Position numbers and translations under genes: made by a program. Source: a virus (taxonomy: Duplodnaviria; Caudoviricetes). Taken from it: a DNA stretch of 64,000 nucleotides. The notes beneath the pieces are model-generated. The model searched no databases. It was given only the letters and a program-made list of their open reading frames with translations, and was not told the DNA's origin. Positions 1-10,120 of the stretch are shown piece after piece. The stretch spans positions 39,321 through 103,320 of IMG/VR virus record IMGVR_UViG_3300029288_000109; one strand, 5' to 3'. Within the stretch, counting starts at the first letter, position 1. The number at the start of each line of letters is the position of its first letter.

Positions 1-77
1 ATACTAATGAATCACGTAGATGCCCTATATGGGATCATAAAGACCATACAGGAGAAACTCATCGTATAAGACGTGGT

Positions 78-353
78 GTGCCACTTGAAATAGTACATGA
101 ATATACCCTATGTCTTGATTTCAATACTGGTGCTATTGGATACGAAAAAGGAATAGAATACATTAGAAATAAAAGTTTTACTGTATTTGAAAATGGTGAA
201 ATACAAAATAATGCATCATTTAATAGATTACACGGTATTATAAGACGATACAGTTCACTTGAAAAATTCTTGGCCGCTACCAAAAAATATGCTGTGCCAC
301 AAATAATGATTGATACATTCATGGGAAAGTACAACGAGGAGAACAAACAATGA
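78..353 (+). CDS. hypothetical protein (start uncertain; may extend 5')
   Basis: ORF in the + strand gene run, 4-nt overlap with next ORF. Confidence 0.5.
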   Translation: MPLEIVHEYTLCLDFNTGAIGYEKGIEYIRNKSFTVFENGEIQNNASFNRLHGIIRRYSSLEKFLAATKKYAVPQIMIDTFMGKYNEENKQ

Positions 354-544
354 CAGCACGAGAAGCATTAGCATTTCTGGACAAAATTAAAGCATGTGAT
401 GATATTAATATTCAAATGGAAGGATATTATTCAAATAAAATAATAAAAATTGAATTTATTAATAATGATACTAGAAAAAATATTGTCTTAGTTCCGCATT
501 CTGGTATGGGTGACGCAGAAATAAGAATTGAAAAGGAAATATAA
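350..544 (+). CDS. hypothetical protein
   Basis: SD GAGGAG upstream, ATGA overlap. Confidence 0.6.
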   Translation: MTAREALAFLDKIKACDDINIQMEGYYSNKIIKIEFINNDTRKNIVLVPHSGMGDAEIRIEKEI

Positions 545-546
545 CA

Positions 547-810
547 ATGAAATGCATGGTATGTGGAAAACTTCTTGATTGCAATCAAAGTTATAAGCTT
601 ACAATCGAGGAAGAACACTGGATGCATAAAAATTGCCGCCATAATATTACATTTTCATTATGCGAAGAGCACAAAAAGCTTTTTGAAAGCTATATTGATT
701 TTGCAGGAGATGCTTTCTATAAGGAATATTGTGAGGCAGCGCAAAAAGCAACCGATAAAATCCTTTTTCAAAATACCATAGACGGAATAATGGATAATAC
801 ACGAATTTAA
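547..810 (+). CDS. hypothetical zinc-binding protein
   Basis: CMVC...LCEEH motifs, SD AAGGA. Confidence 0.6.
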   Translation: MKCMVCGKLLDCNQSYKLTIEEEHWMHKNCRHNITFSLCEEHKKLFESYIDFAGDAFYKEYCEAAQKATDKILFQNTIDGIMDNTRI

Positions 811-1201
811 AATTGGAGAAGTAGTTATTTTATCAAATCTAACCTCTTTTAGTGTAAGTATTAGACCGCACCTAAAAGGTGCTATTGTAAGAATAATAGA
901 ATTCTATGGTGATAAAGATTGTAGAGTAGAATTTAAAACAAAAGATATACCAGGAAAACTTGGAAAACAATATTATGGACGTAATGGAACATGGGGTGTA
1001 ATGATGCAAGAATTGACAAAGAAATATAATTTTAAAATTGAGGAGGATATATAATGGAACCAGAATTTGAAAAAGAAGTAAACAACCTGCTTATTTTAGA
1101 AAAAACAAATTTTAAAGGACATAAAACAAAAGAATTGTTTGCAACCGTTAAAAGATTTAGAATGGCAATGAAAGAAAAAACTATAGGAGAGGCCCAATAC
1201 C

Positions 1202-1633
1202 ATGATTTCAATAATCGCAACTTTTAAACCAACTTCGGACGAAACAAAAATAAAAGAAATAAAATCAGAAATAGCTCATTTAATCGAATTAAAAGGTACA
1301 ACTTGCTGGGATATAGTTAAAGACGAAACACAAATTATAGGAATGAGAATTTCATTACATAGTTATGAACTTAAAGAAATAATGAAAATATATAAAACAA
1401 TTCAAAATACAAAAATAAACGAAGTATCATTAGAGATAGTTCAACATGGCGCTTTTAACGAAGAAAATACATCTTCAAAAGATATTGAATCATTTATAAT
1501 AAAAGTATCAAAAATGCGTCAAGTTATTGATGCCATGATTATAACAATAAGTGATTTTAATATAAATGATTTTGATAAACATTTTAAAACTTTTGAAAAT
1601 ACTTCAAAATCAATATTAAATCAAGTGATATAA
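1202..1633 (+). CDS. hypothetical protein
   Basis: 143-aa ORF, SD GGAG/GAGG, abuts next gene. Confidence 0.6.
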   Translation: MISIIATFKPTSDETKIKEIKSEIAHLIELKGTTCWDIVKDETQIIGMRISLHSYELKEIMKIYKTIQNTKINEVSLEIVQHGAFNEENTSSKDIESFIIKVSKMRQVIDAMIITISDFNINDFDKHFKTFENTSKSILNQVI

Positions 1634-1634
1634 A

Positions 1635-2897
1635 ATGAAAATCGGAATAGAAATGGAATTTAATCGTGTAGTAGACAAATCATCTGAATGTCAAATCTAT
1701 ACATGTGATAATTGCGGAGAAATAATTTATTCCAAAGAAAAAGACATATTATGCAAATGCGGAAATAAGATAGAAAAAACAAAATGCATCCACCATTGTG
1801 CAACGTGTAAAACAAAAGAAAGAACTCCACAAATCATTAAAGAGTGCCATTCCTGTGTAGATTATCTGCCTTGTAAAAAACAAGTATTTAATAAAAACCT
1901 TTGTATGTTATGCAAAAATTGTGTTACAAAATGTAACAAATATGAAAATACATGGGAATTTATGGAAAAATATCCACTATGTGGATTTATAGGAAATGCA
2001 ACATGTAAAATATGTGATTTCAATTCTGAAAAATATTGTTCTTATTGTAATCACATATGTACATCATGCGCAGTAATGTGTTCAAAAATATCATGTCCAC
2101 CATGTAAGCTATTTGGCAAATGCGACAAATCTGATAACGATTATGATATAATAATAAATTCTTCTAAAAAACAAAAAGGCATAATGAATGTAGTAAGATG
2201 TGGATACGAACATACTAATCAAAATACAGACCTTATCTTAAAAAGTGATGAGTCATGTGGACTTGAGCTTGTTACTCCGCCAATGGAACTAAGCAATATA
2301 GATAAAATAGAAACGTTTCTTGAAAAAATTAAAATTAGGGGATTACACATAGATAGGGCATGTGGTTTGCATGTTCATTTTTCAAGAGACAATTTCACTT
2401 TGTTTGAAACAGCAAAAGTTATTGGATACTATTATCTTATTCAAAATATATTATTTAAAATGATGCCAGAAACAAGAAAGAGTAATCAATACTGTTCAAA
2501 AATAAATGTTGATAAAATGAAAAATCTATTTTGCGCAAATATAAAATCAAACGATAAACTAACTTCAAATAATATACTCTCTTTTATACATGATATAAGT
2601 TGTTCTCATTACACGTTTATGAACCTTTCTCAACATCATGCAACATTTGAGCTAAGGATACACGAAGGAACAATGCAATTTGAAAAGATTAAACAATGGG
2701 TAATTTTTAATTATTTTCTTATAAATGCATTTAGAAACATAAGTAATGATGAGTTCGGAAAAAATATGGATACAAGCTCAATGAAATTGAAAGATTTAAT
2801 TAACATAATTGAACAAGCACCAGTTATTAAAAATATTAAAAAGAAAGATATAATAAAATATATATATAAAAGAATAATAGAAAATGGGAGCGTATAA
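1635..2897 (+). CDS. COOH-NH2 amidoligase (glutamine synthetase/GCS-like fold) with Cys-rich insert
   Basis: motifs IGIEME, SDES, ELVTPP, CGLHVHFS, YTFMNL, TFELRIHEGT; ~27 Cys between first and second motif. Confidence 0.85.
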   Translation: MKIGIEMEFNRVVDKSSECQIYTCDNCGEIIYSKEKDILCKCGNKIEKTKCIHHCATCKTKERTPQIIKECHSCVDYLPCKKQVFNKNLCMLCKNCVTKCNKYENTWEFMEKYPLCGFIGNATCKICDFNSEKYCSYCNHICTSCAVMCSKISCPPCKLFGKCDKSDNDYDIIINSSKKQKGIMNVVRCGYEHTNQNTDLILKSDESCGLELVTPPMELSNIDKIETFLEKIKIRGLHIDRACGLHVHFSRDNFTLFETAKVIGYYYLIQNILFKMMPETRKSNQYCSKINVDKMKNLFCANIKSNDKLTSNNILSFIHDISCSHYTFMNLSQHHATFELRIHEGTMQFEKIKQWVIFNYFLINAFRNISNDEFGKNMDTSSMKLKDLINIIEQAPVIKNIKKKDIIKYIYKRIIENGSV

Positions 2898-3763
2898 TGA
2901 TTGCTATAATAGCAAATAAATTTGGAAGAATTACATGTAAAAGACTTTCTGAACAAAGCGATATAAAACTTATAAAAACACATGTATTAACAAAACAGTT
3001 CAGAACACAAGATTTTACAAATGTAACTGGTGTTATACGGTTTGGAACAATAAAAACCCTACCAGGAAGTTTTGCTGAAGTAAATAATATATCAGCAATA
3101 TCAAAAGCTATAGATAAAATAAAAACCAGAACCATTCTCCAAGAACATGAGATAAGAACACCAAAAACGTGGCAAGTGTCAGAAGTAGAAGATATAAATA
3201 GTTTGCCACTTCCGCTTATAGCACAACCGCGATTTCATTTTGGTGGAAATGGTCTTGAATTTATTGATACAATAGAATCTATAAATAACTATATTAATAA
3301 CCACGATTGTTCTAATTCGTATTTTAGTGAATATATTAACAAAAAACGAGAATTAAGAGTATTCGTAACACACGGAATGTGTCTTACTGTATTTGAAAAA
3401 ATACCACCAGAAAATACTAATTGTACTGTATGGAACAGGCATATATCAAATTGCAAATTTGTACCAATAAGACAAAACGAATGGCCAAAATTTACAGTTA
3501 AAAAATGTATAAAAGCTGTTGAAGTGCTTGGATTAGATTTTGGAGCAGTAGATGTAATGATAGGAAGAGAAAATACACCTAAATATTATATCTTAGAAAT
3601 AAATACAAGTCCAGGACTAACTGGAACTTATAGCCAAACAAAAATGGCTAGTTATTTCAAATGGCTTAAAAATTATTTTAATGAACATAATTCATTTCCT
3701 CCACACAAAAATACAGAAATGGCAGAACGAATTTCAGATATTGTTTTTAAGGAAAACACATGA
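2897..3763 (+). CDS. RimK-like ATP-grasp ligase
   Basis: DKIKTR..L....IRTPKT, HFGGNG, SEYINKKRELRVFV, LGLDFGAVD, ILEINTSPG. Confidence 0.9.
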   Translation: MIAIIANKFGRITCKRLSEQSDIKLIKTHVLTKQFRTQDFTNVTGVIRFGTIKTLPGSFAEVNNISAISKAIDKIKTRTILQEHEIRTPKTWQVSEVEDINSLPLPLIAQPRFHFGGNGLEFIDTIESINNYINNHDCSNSYFSEYINKKRELRVFVTHGMCLTVFEKIPPENTNCTVWNRHISNCKFVPIRQNEWPKFTVKKCIKAVEVLGLDFGAVDVMIGRENTPKYYILEINTSPGLTGTYSQTKMASYFKWLKNYFNEHNSFPPHKNTEMAERISDIVFKENT

Positions 3764-4479
3764 GTATACAAAGTTCAACAACAAATACTGCACAATACGA
3801 TATAGAATATGAAGATGTCTTAGCTGCTGCAAGATGGGCAGCAATAGTATCTGGACAAAAAAATTCTGTTTTTGTTATTGGAACAGGTGCTATGGATGCC
3901 ATCTTCAGGAAGAACACTGATAATAAATTTAAGATAAAAAACGCAGAATCAGAAATTTTGTTTATATCAGAAATAATTTATCCTTTATTTAATAACCTTC
4001 TACGTTTGATAAAGGATAAAAAAACAAACGATCCAGAAATTTTATACTATATTGATAAATCACCAAATGTTGGAGAAATTAAACAAATACCACACAATGT
4101 TAAAGATAGAAAAACAATTACTAAGTTCATCTATGAAGAAACTAAAAAATATTTTGTTTCAATGAATATAGATAATCCGTTGACATCAAGATTCATCTCA
4201 GCAATACCATCAACACAGATAGATGTAAACGAGTTATGGGAACCAGATGAGATATCAACCTTCTGGTCAGACAAAAGTGGATGCGAAAATGAAGACGTAG
4301 CAGCATTTATACTTATGATATCTTCTATTAATCGCGAGTTTAAAACTAAATTTGTATATGAAAAAAAAGAACTTGAAAAAATAATAAAGTTATGTGAACA
4401 AAGCTCGTTTAAAAAATACAATTCAAAAATAGAAGAAATAATTAAAAATCTAACAGGAGACAAAATAGAAAATGTGTAA
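3760..4479 (+). CDS. hypothetical protein in amidoligase cluster
   Basis: 239-aa ORF overlapping both neighbours. Confidence 0.65.
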   Translation: MSIQSSTTNTAQYDIEYEDVLAAARWAAIVSGQKNSVFVIGTGAMDAIFRKNTDNKFKIKNAESEILFISEIIYPLFNNLLRLIKDKKTNDPEILYYIDKSPNVGEIKQIPHNVKDRKTITKFIYEETKKYFVSMNIDNPLTSRFISAIPSTQIDVNELWEPDEISTFWSDKSGCENEDVAAFILMISSINREFKTKFVYEKKELEKIIKLCEQSSFKKYNSKIEEIIKNLTGDKIENV

Positions 4480-5668
4480 AATTTCTGCATTTACTGTACA
4501 TGATACAAAAAGCATAACAATTAAGAAACAACAACAAACACTGGCGCGACTATTTCTTTTTAATTCTATTATTAAGCTATATAGGGAAGGTGGAAATTCA
4601 CACGCAACTGGATTTTGTATAAGATATATTGAAAATAATAAAACTAAATATATTTCATATAAAGCACCTATAGATGGTGAAGAATTTGTTCTTTTACCAA
4701 TATTTGACGATATAATGAATAATAATATGGATATAAAATCCATAATAGTACATGCAAGACTAGCAACAACTGGTTCAAATAGCATTAATGACAATAATCA
4801 TCCTGTTACAGATATAAATAACCAAGTGTTTCTTGTTCATAATGGAGTTGTTTCAAATCATACGGAACTATTTAACAAACTCGAAATAAAAAGACGAGCA
4901 AGTGTTGATTCTGAAATACTCCCAAACTTAATGGCATTAAAAGACTACCATAATGATACAACTATATTTGCAATGCCTGTAGGATGGATAATAGCTGCTG
5001 CATTGGATAGGCGCTTTAAAGACGAATTAGTTATTATAAATAATGTTGATCAAAGTGGATATTTTGTTATTAATGATGAAAAATTACTAGTAACAATGAT
5101 GTCAACAAAAAGCGCATTTACTAGCTTAAAAACTATAATAGAAAATACAAATATAAAATTTGAAGGATTAAATATCATAGTATTACCACGCGCCACAACA
5201 ATTATAAAATTAAATGGAGAAATAAAAACAATAGATATAAAAAAAGAAACAAAAAATGAATTGACTAAATCATCAACTGTTCCAAAAGTTAAATATGATA
5301 AAAAAGGTATTTATTCTGTATTATTTCGTATGCATAATTATGTTTTTGATAAAAACAACGCCGCCCCACCAGTAGATGAAAAATTTACTGTAATAGATAC
5401 CATAGTCGCTGGAATGTTAAAAGGCGATATGTTTGAAGAATTTTATAAAAAATATTCAACAACTGGAATAGTAACTGGATGGCTTTCAAATTATATACAT
5501 GTTTTTTCAGGAGTTGAAAGAACACATATTGATGTTCACGCTCCATTTTTATATTCTATTGAAAAAGTAGCTGAAGAAGTATTTGGAAGTCAGGTAGAAA
5601 AAACTAACGATATAATGAATACTGAATTTAAAGAAAAATGCGAACAATTTGTAAAGGATAACAAATGA
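4472..5668 (+). CDS. class II (Ntn) glutamine amidotransferase
   Basis: N-terminal MC, HARLATTG, NNHP, LVHNGVV, VDSE. Confidence 0.88.
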   Translation: MCKISAFTVHDTKSITIKKQQQTLARLFLFNSIIKLYREGGNSHATGFCIRYIENNKTKYISYKAPIDGEEFVLLPIFDDIMNNNMDIKSIIVHARLATTGSNSINDNNHPVTDINNQVFLVHNGVVSNHTELFNKLEIKRRASVDSEILPNLMALKDYHNDTTIFAMPVGWIIAAALDRRFKDELVIINNVDQSGYFVINDEKLLVTMMSTKSAFTSLKTIIENTNIKFEGLNIIVLPRATTIIKLNGEIKTIDIKKETKNELTKSSTVPKVKYDKKGIYSVLFRMHNYVFDKNNAAPPVDEKFTVIDTIVAGMLKGDMFEEFYKKYSTTGIVTGWLSNYIHVFSGVERTHIDVHAPFLYSIEKVAEEVFGSQVEKTNDIMNTEFKEKCEQFVKDNK

Positions 5669-6126
5669 CAGCAATAATGGTAAACGAATTAAAAGAAGAA
5701 AATAAAGAATTATATGATTTTACATTAAGTACAGTATTACAAAAATATATTCCAATACATAAATCAAATATTACAGATACAAAAATAATTAAAAAGAAAG
5801 TTAATAAAATAATTCGATGGATGTTTGAAAATAAGGAAATTAACGCTTCTGGAAATCATCTTTTGATAAGACATGAAATACCATTTATAACAATAAATGA
5901 ACTAGATCAATTTTTAAAAGGAAAGAAAACAGATAGTATAAGAAATGGTTCATTTAGTACAAAAAATAATACAATTACAATTGATATGTTTCTTATAAAA
6001 AATTCTTTCTTGTTCATTGCTGCCGTATGTAATGAATATATAGCGGCATTATATTTGTATGGATTATATGGTGAAATCAATTTCAATCATCCGATTGAAA
6101 TAATATTAACGGAGGAAACAGAATGA
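5665..6126 (+). CDS. hypothetical protein
   Basis: ATGA-coupled ORF. Confidence 0.6.
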   Translation: MTAIMVNELKEENKELYDFTLSTVLQKYIPIHKSNITDTKIIKKKVNKIIRWMFENKEINASGNHLLIRHEIPFITINELDQFLKGKKTDSIRNGSFSTKNNTITIDMFLIKNSFLFIAAVCNEYIAALYLYGLYGEINFNHPIEIILTEETE

Positions 6127-7316
6127 ATTCTGGCGATATAAAAAGCTTTCTTCAGAAACTAAAAAGAGGAAACGAAACAGAAAAAGTGTTTCGTATATGG
6201 AAAAACGAAAATACAGAAGAAACAAATACGACAACTACTAAGTATGAAAATTTGCTTAAAAATATTAAAGCAACTACAATTAGTATAATAATGTTATTTG
6301 AAGCGGATAATTCCTCTCACAAATGCGATAATTGTAAAGAAGATTGTAATCACATATATGATTGCAAAAATATTAATATATTAGAATGCACAAAAAAGAC
6401 ATGCATTATAAAAGACGAAAAAAACATATGTTCTCCACCGTCTTGTTCAAAAGTAAAATTTAATACTACTGTATGTAAAAAATGCGAGGACAAAGTTGTT
6501 GATTGTGTAAGATGTTTTTTAGAAAATAAAAATGTAGAAACGATTTTCAAACCATATGTTGATGAAACATGTGACAAACCATTTAAAACAGCAGCAAAAG
6601 GTCCTTCTGGACTTCTTTTGATTGAAACAAATCCAATAAAAGTGGATATACAAATTATTCATAAAATAGATGGAATTATTAATCTTATTACAACAAAGTT
6701 TCCTCTTAAACAAGTAGGAGAAACTAGGATAGCATTTAATCTTAGTAAAGATTTTGATGAAAATATAATTAATAATACAATAGTAATACTGAATATGCTT
6801 ATTCCATCATTAAATTTAGCTATTAAAAACGAAAAAAATAATGCAAATATTAAAAGAAGCAATATCAATATACAAAGGCCATCAACTGAAACAGAATTTT
6901 GTGGAATAAACACCGACACTTTCTTAACGCAAAATATTACTTACACAGACAATAAATTAAACATACCTATTTATGGAATAAATATCAATGGTTCAGAACT
7001 ATATATAATCAAAAAAATAATAATGGAGATATTGACAATAGCAACATACATTGCAAAAGAAAATAGAATATTAAACATCCTAAGTAATAATATGATTAAT
7101 GAAATGATATCTATATGGTCATTGTCACAAATGAGTACAAAAAATATGCATAAAAATATAAGTTCAAAGATAAATAGGGAACAAGTTGCCTTAAATAACA
7201 TATTTAGTGGATTTTTACCAGATTATTTAACAAAACTTATTTTAAAAGAATTTAAACATCCTGATGGCGTAAAAGAAGAAATTAAAAATATTTATAACAA
7301 AGGTGAATGTTCATAA
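6123..7316 (+). CDS. Cys-rich protein, possibly a degenerate amidoligase paralogue
   Basis: 13-Cys block placed like those in the flanking amidoligases; IETNP resembles ELVTPP; ExE and HxH motifs absent. Confidence 0.5.
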   Translation: MNSGDIKSFLQKLKRGNETEKVFRIWKNENTEETNTTTTKYENLLKNIKATTISIIMLFEADNSSHKCDNCKEDCNHIYDCKNINILECTKKTCIIKDEKNICSPPSCSKVKFNTTVCKKCEDKVVDCVRCFLENKNVETIFKPYVDETCDKPFKTAAKGPSGLLLIETNPIKVDIQIIHKIDGIINLITTKFPLKQVGETRIAFNLSKDFDENIINNTIVILNMLIPSLNLAIKNEKNNANIKRSNINIQRPSTETEFCGINTDTFLTQNITYTDNKLNIPIYGININGSELYIIKKIIMEILTIATYIAKENRILNILSNNMINEMISIWSLSQMSTKNMHKNISSKINREQVALNNIFSGFLPDYLTKLILKEFKHPDGVKEEIKNIYNKGECS

Positions 7317-8380
7317 TGTGTGGAATTCTTGGACTTACATTTCTTGACGATTCTCATAAAGTTAAAGAAAACAATAATCTTATAAAATTGCTTATGGCTT
7401 GTTTTGAAATAGGAATGAGAGAAACAGCAATCCGTGGTTATGATGCGGCTGGAGTAGCATATATAACTGGACATGAAAATTCATTTAAAACAAATATTTT
7501 TAAAAGCAAAAAGAACGCATGGAAAGCTACTATATCTGAAGAGTGGATTGAGACTATACAATCAATGAGAAAAAATTCTGACGCTAAAGATGTGCATATG
7601 CATTGGATTGGTCATTGTCGTAAAATGACAGAGGGTAAAACAGATAATAATGAAAATAATCACCCCCTTGAAATTGACAATAGGCTTATCATGGTGCATA
7701 ATGGGTCTGTTAAAGATTTTAAAGAAATTATAAAGAAAGATACATCAAATTTTATAAAAAACACTATGCCTGGTGAAGTTGATTCAGGTGTGTTCGGAAC
7801 GCTTGCTCTAAAATATCTAAAAGATAACAAAACAGACCTTCAAAATGGAATAAAGGAAGCTTTTGAAAACAAAGACCTGTATATTCCATTAGAAGGCGCA
7901 GTAGTAATTCTAGATAAACTTGATGCTAACAAAATATTTATGATAAGGACATATGATAGACCGCTATATGTATCAAGCATAAGCCAAATAAATGCTATAA
8001 TTTATGCATCTCAATCAGAGTTTATTTATAATTTTATTTATAATGTTTGTGGTCTTGCAAATGTATTTAATGCAGACCCAGGATTAATGAACTATTCATT
8101 GCCACAAGAATTGTTAACTGATAAAATCTTTAAAATAGATAGGAATGAACATATGTCAAAAAAGGTCTTTTCGTTTATAGATACAAAAATAAGAAAAAGT
8201 TTTTGGAATGAATATGTTTATTCATCTACTTCGTTATATGATGGAGAAAAAGTATACAACGGATCGGAATATTACTGGGAAAAAAATAAAAACAAGGTAA
8301 TTAATGCAACAATAGTAGTTCCAGAAGAAAATATATTCATGCAAATGGCGGAGGATGAAAATGAAGTTGGAATTCACTAA
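7316..8380 (+). CDS. class II (Ntn) glutamine amidotransferase
   Basis: start re-set to ATG 7316 (MCGILG, TAATG overlap, SD AAGGTG); RGYDAAG, GHCRKMTEG, NNHP, MVHNGSV, VDS. Confidence 0.9.
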   Translation: MCGILGLTFLDDSHKVKENNNLIKLLMACFEIGMRETAIRGYDAAGVAYITGHENSFKTNIFKSKKNAWKATISEEWIETIQSMRKNSDAKDVHMHWIGHCRKMTEGKTDNNENNHPLEIDNRLIMVHNGSVKDFKEIIKKDTSNFIKNTMPGEVDSGVFGTLALKYLKDNKTDLQNGIKEAFENKDLYIPLEGAVVILDKLDANKIFMIRTYDRPLYVSSISQINAIIYASQSEFIYNFIYNVCGLANVFNADPGLMNYSLPQELLTDKIFKIDRNEHMSKKVFSFIDTKIRKSFWNEYVYSSTSLYDGEKVYNGSEYYWEKNKNKVINATIVVPEENIFMQMAEDENEVGIH

Positions 8381-9950
8381 ACATAATATATATAATACAA
8401 TATCTGTAGAAGAATCAATAATGTGGAATAAAATACTTAAAGATTATTTGCAGATAGGAATTGAAATAGAACTTTCAAGTAAAGACGCTGGTAAAAAAAT
8501 AAAAAATAACTGTACGGTAAATAATATTTGTGATAAACAATGCAAAAGATTCCCATGTGAGCTAATATGCGAATCACAAAGTATTGGAAATGAATGTAGT
8601 ATAGAAAATCCATATAGTTGTGTAAGATTTTACGAAAGAGAATGTGACATAATATTAACCGAACAAGATAATTCTATTGCTATAAACAAAAGATGCCAAA
8701 CATGCAGCAGGAGAATACCAATACAATGTCACGAATGCAGATTCCCTAAATCAGTTGCAAGAAAATATGTTCAAAAATACTGTTCAAATTGTAATAATTT
8801 TGAATCAAGATGTTTTGATTGTGATTCTGGAGGAAATATTTTAAGAAATATGTTTGCTGACAATGGTATTGTTCAGTCTTATTCTCCAATAAGAGTTAAT
8901 AAAAGCGGAGTAAATGTTATAAAACATGATCATTCAATTGCTCCATATGGAACAGAAATAACAAGTTCTGGACTTCCATGTAATGATGTAACAATAATGA
9001 ATTATATATATGAAATAAATAAGGCAGCTATAAACTGTGGATTTAAATCAGACCCGTCATGTGGGATACACTTTCATTTCCTGCTTCCGTATCAACCAAT
9101 GAGAGATCCATATGCACAAAGAGAAAATATAATAGAACCATTCCCATCAATAATAATGATGAATATAATAAATTTATTTAGAATATGGTCTCCAAATCTT
9201 ATATGGCTTTCAATGAATGGAAACGATATAAACGCTCTAACAAGATATTCTATATTCAGACAAAGCATATTTCATTTTGCTCCATCTAAAAATACTATTG
9301 ATAATATTATTTCAAAAGCAATACATTCGTATGGAAAATATGGATTTCTTAATATAAATAATTCTACATTTATAAAAAATGAAAACGGAAACAACATACT
9401 TAAAACTTTTCATATTGAATGTAGATTTATAGACTCAATGATGATTCCAACTGCAATATATGCATATTCTGTTATATGTTATGCAATAATCTTAAAAGCA
9501 ATAAAAGATTCTATATATGGAGTAAGAAGCACAGATAAAAAAGGAGTAACACGTATTGCGGAACTATTTAATAAACTTTGTAATAGAGGACTTGAAGATA
9601 GAGAGAGCAACACGTCAAATTTAACAAGAGAAGATATGAATGAAATACACGATAATACCGAAGAAATGTTGAATGAGCTTAAAAACGAGATTTGCTTTAT
9701 AAGTGAACCAGCTTATAAAATTCTATGTGATTTAAATAATGAACCAATCCCATTTAGAAAAATCAGTGGAGAAACAGAGGAAACAATAGAAAAGAAATTA
9801 TGGAATGAAAATATTAAAAATACATTTTTAGATAATACATATTCAGAAGAAATAATTAAAAGACTATATAATAACGAAACAACAATAGAACGAATATTAA
9901 AACAAAATGATGGTAAAAAAATTCTCGAAAAAATAGGAATAGCAAGTTAA
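8355..9950 (+). CDS. COOH-NH2 amidoligase with Cys-rich insert
   Basis: IGIEIEL, HDHSI, GTEITS, SCGIHFHF, KYGFLNI, HIECRFID; 16-Cys insert. Confidence 0.8.
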   Translation: MKMKLEFTKHNIYNTISVEESIMWNKILKDYLQIGIEIELSSKDAGKKIKNNCTVNNICDKQCKRFPCELICESQSIGNECSIENPYSCVRFYERECDIILTEQDNSIAINKRCQTCSRRIPIQCHECRFPKSVARKYVQKYCSNCNNFESRCFDCDSGGNILRNMFADNGIVQSYSPIRVNKSGVNVIKHDHSIAPYGTEITSSGLPCNDVTIMNYIYEINKAAINCGFKSDPSCGIHFHFLLPYQPMRDPYAQRENIIEPFPSIIMMNIINLFRIWSPNLIWLSMNGNDINALTRYSIFRQSIFHFAPSKNTIDNIISKAIHSYGKYGFLNINNSTFIKNENGNNILKTFHIECRFIDSMMIPTAIYAYSVICYAIILKAIKDSIYGVRSTDKKGVTRIAELFNKLCNRGLEDRESNTSNLTREDMNEIHDNTEEMLNELKNEICFISEPAYKILCDLNNEPIPFRKISGETEETIEKKLWNENIKNTFLDNTYSEEIIKRLYNNETTIERILKQNDGKKILEKIGIAS

Positions 9951-9961
9951 AGGAGAGAAAA

Positions 9962-10120
9962 ATGGAAGTTCTGGTTGGTGGAAAAACTACTGCTGCTACA
10001 ACAACTACATATGTAACAAAAACAGATAAAGAAAAAGAAGATGAATTTATAAAATTTCTAATTTATCCTCTATTAAAAAAGAAACCAAAACAAGAGGTTA
10101 AAAATGATAACATTGTATGA
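9962..10120 (+). CDS. small Thr/Lys/Glu-rich peptide (52 aa)
   Basis: strong SD AAGGAG; MEVLVGGKTTAATTTTYVTKTDKEKEDE...; below ORF-track cutoff. Confidence 0.6.
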   Translation: MEVLVGGKTTAATTTTYVTKTDKEKEDEFIKFLIYPLLKKKPKQEVKNDNIV

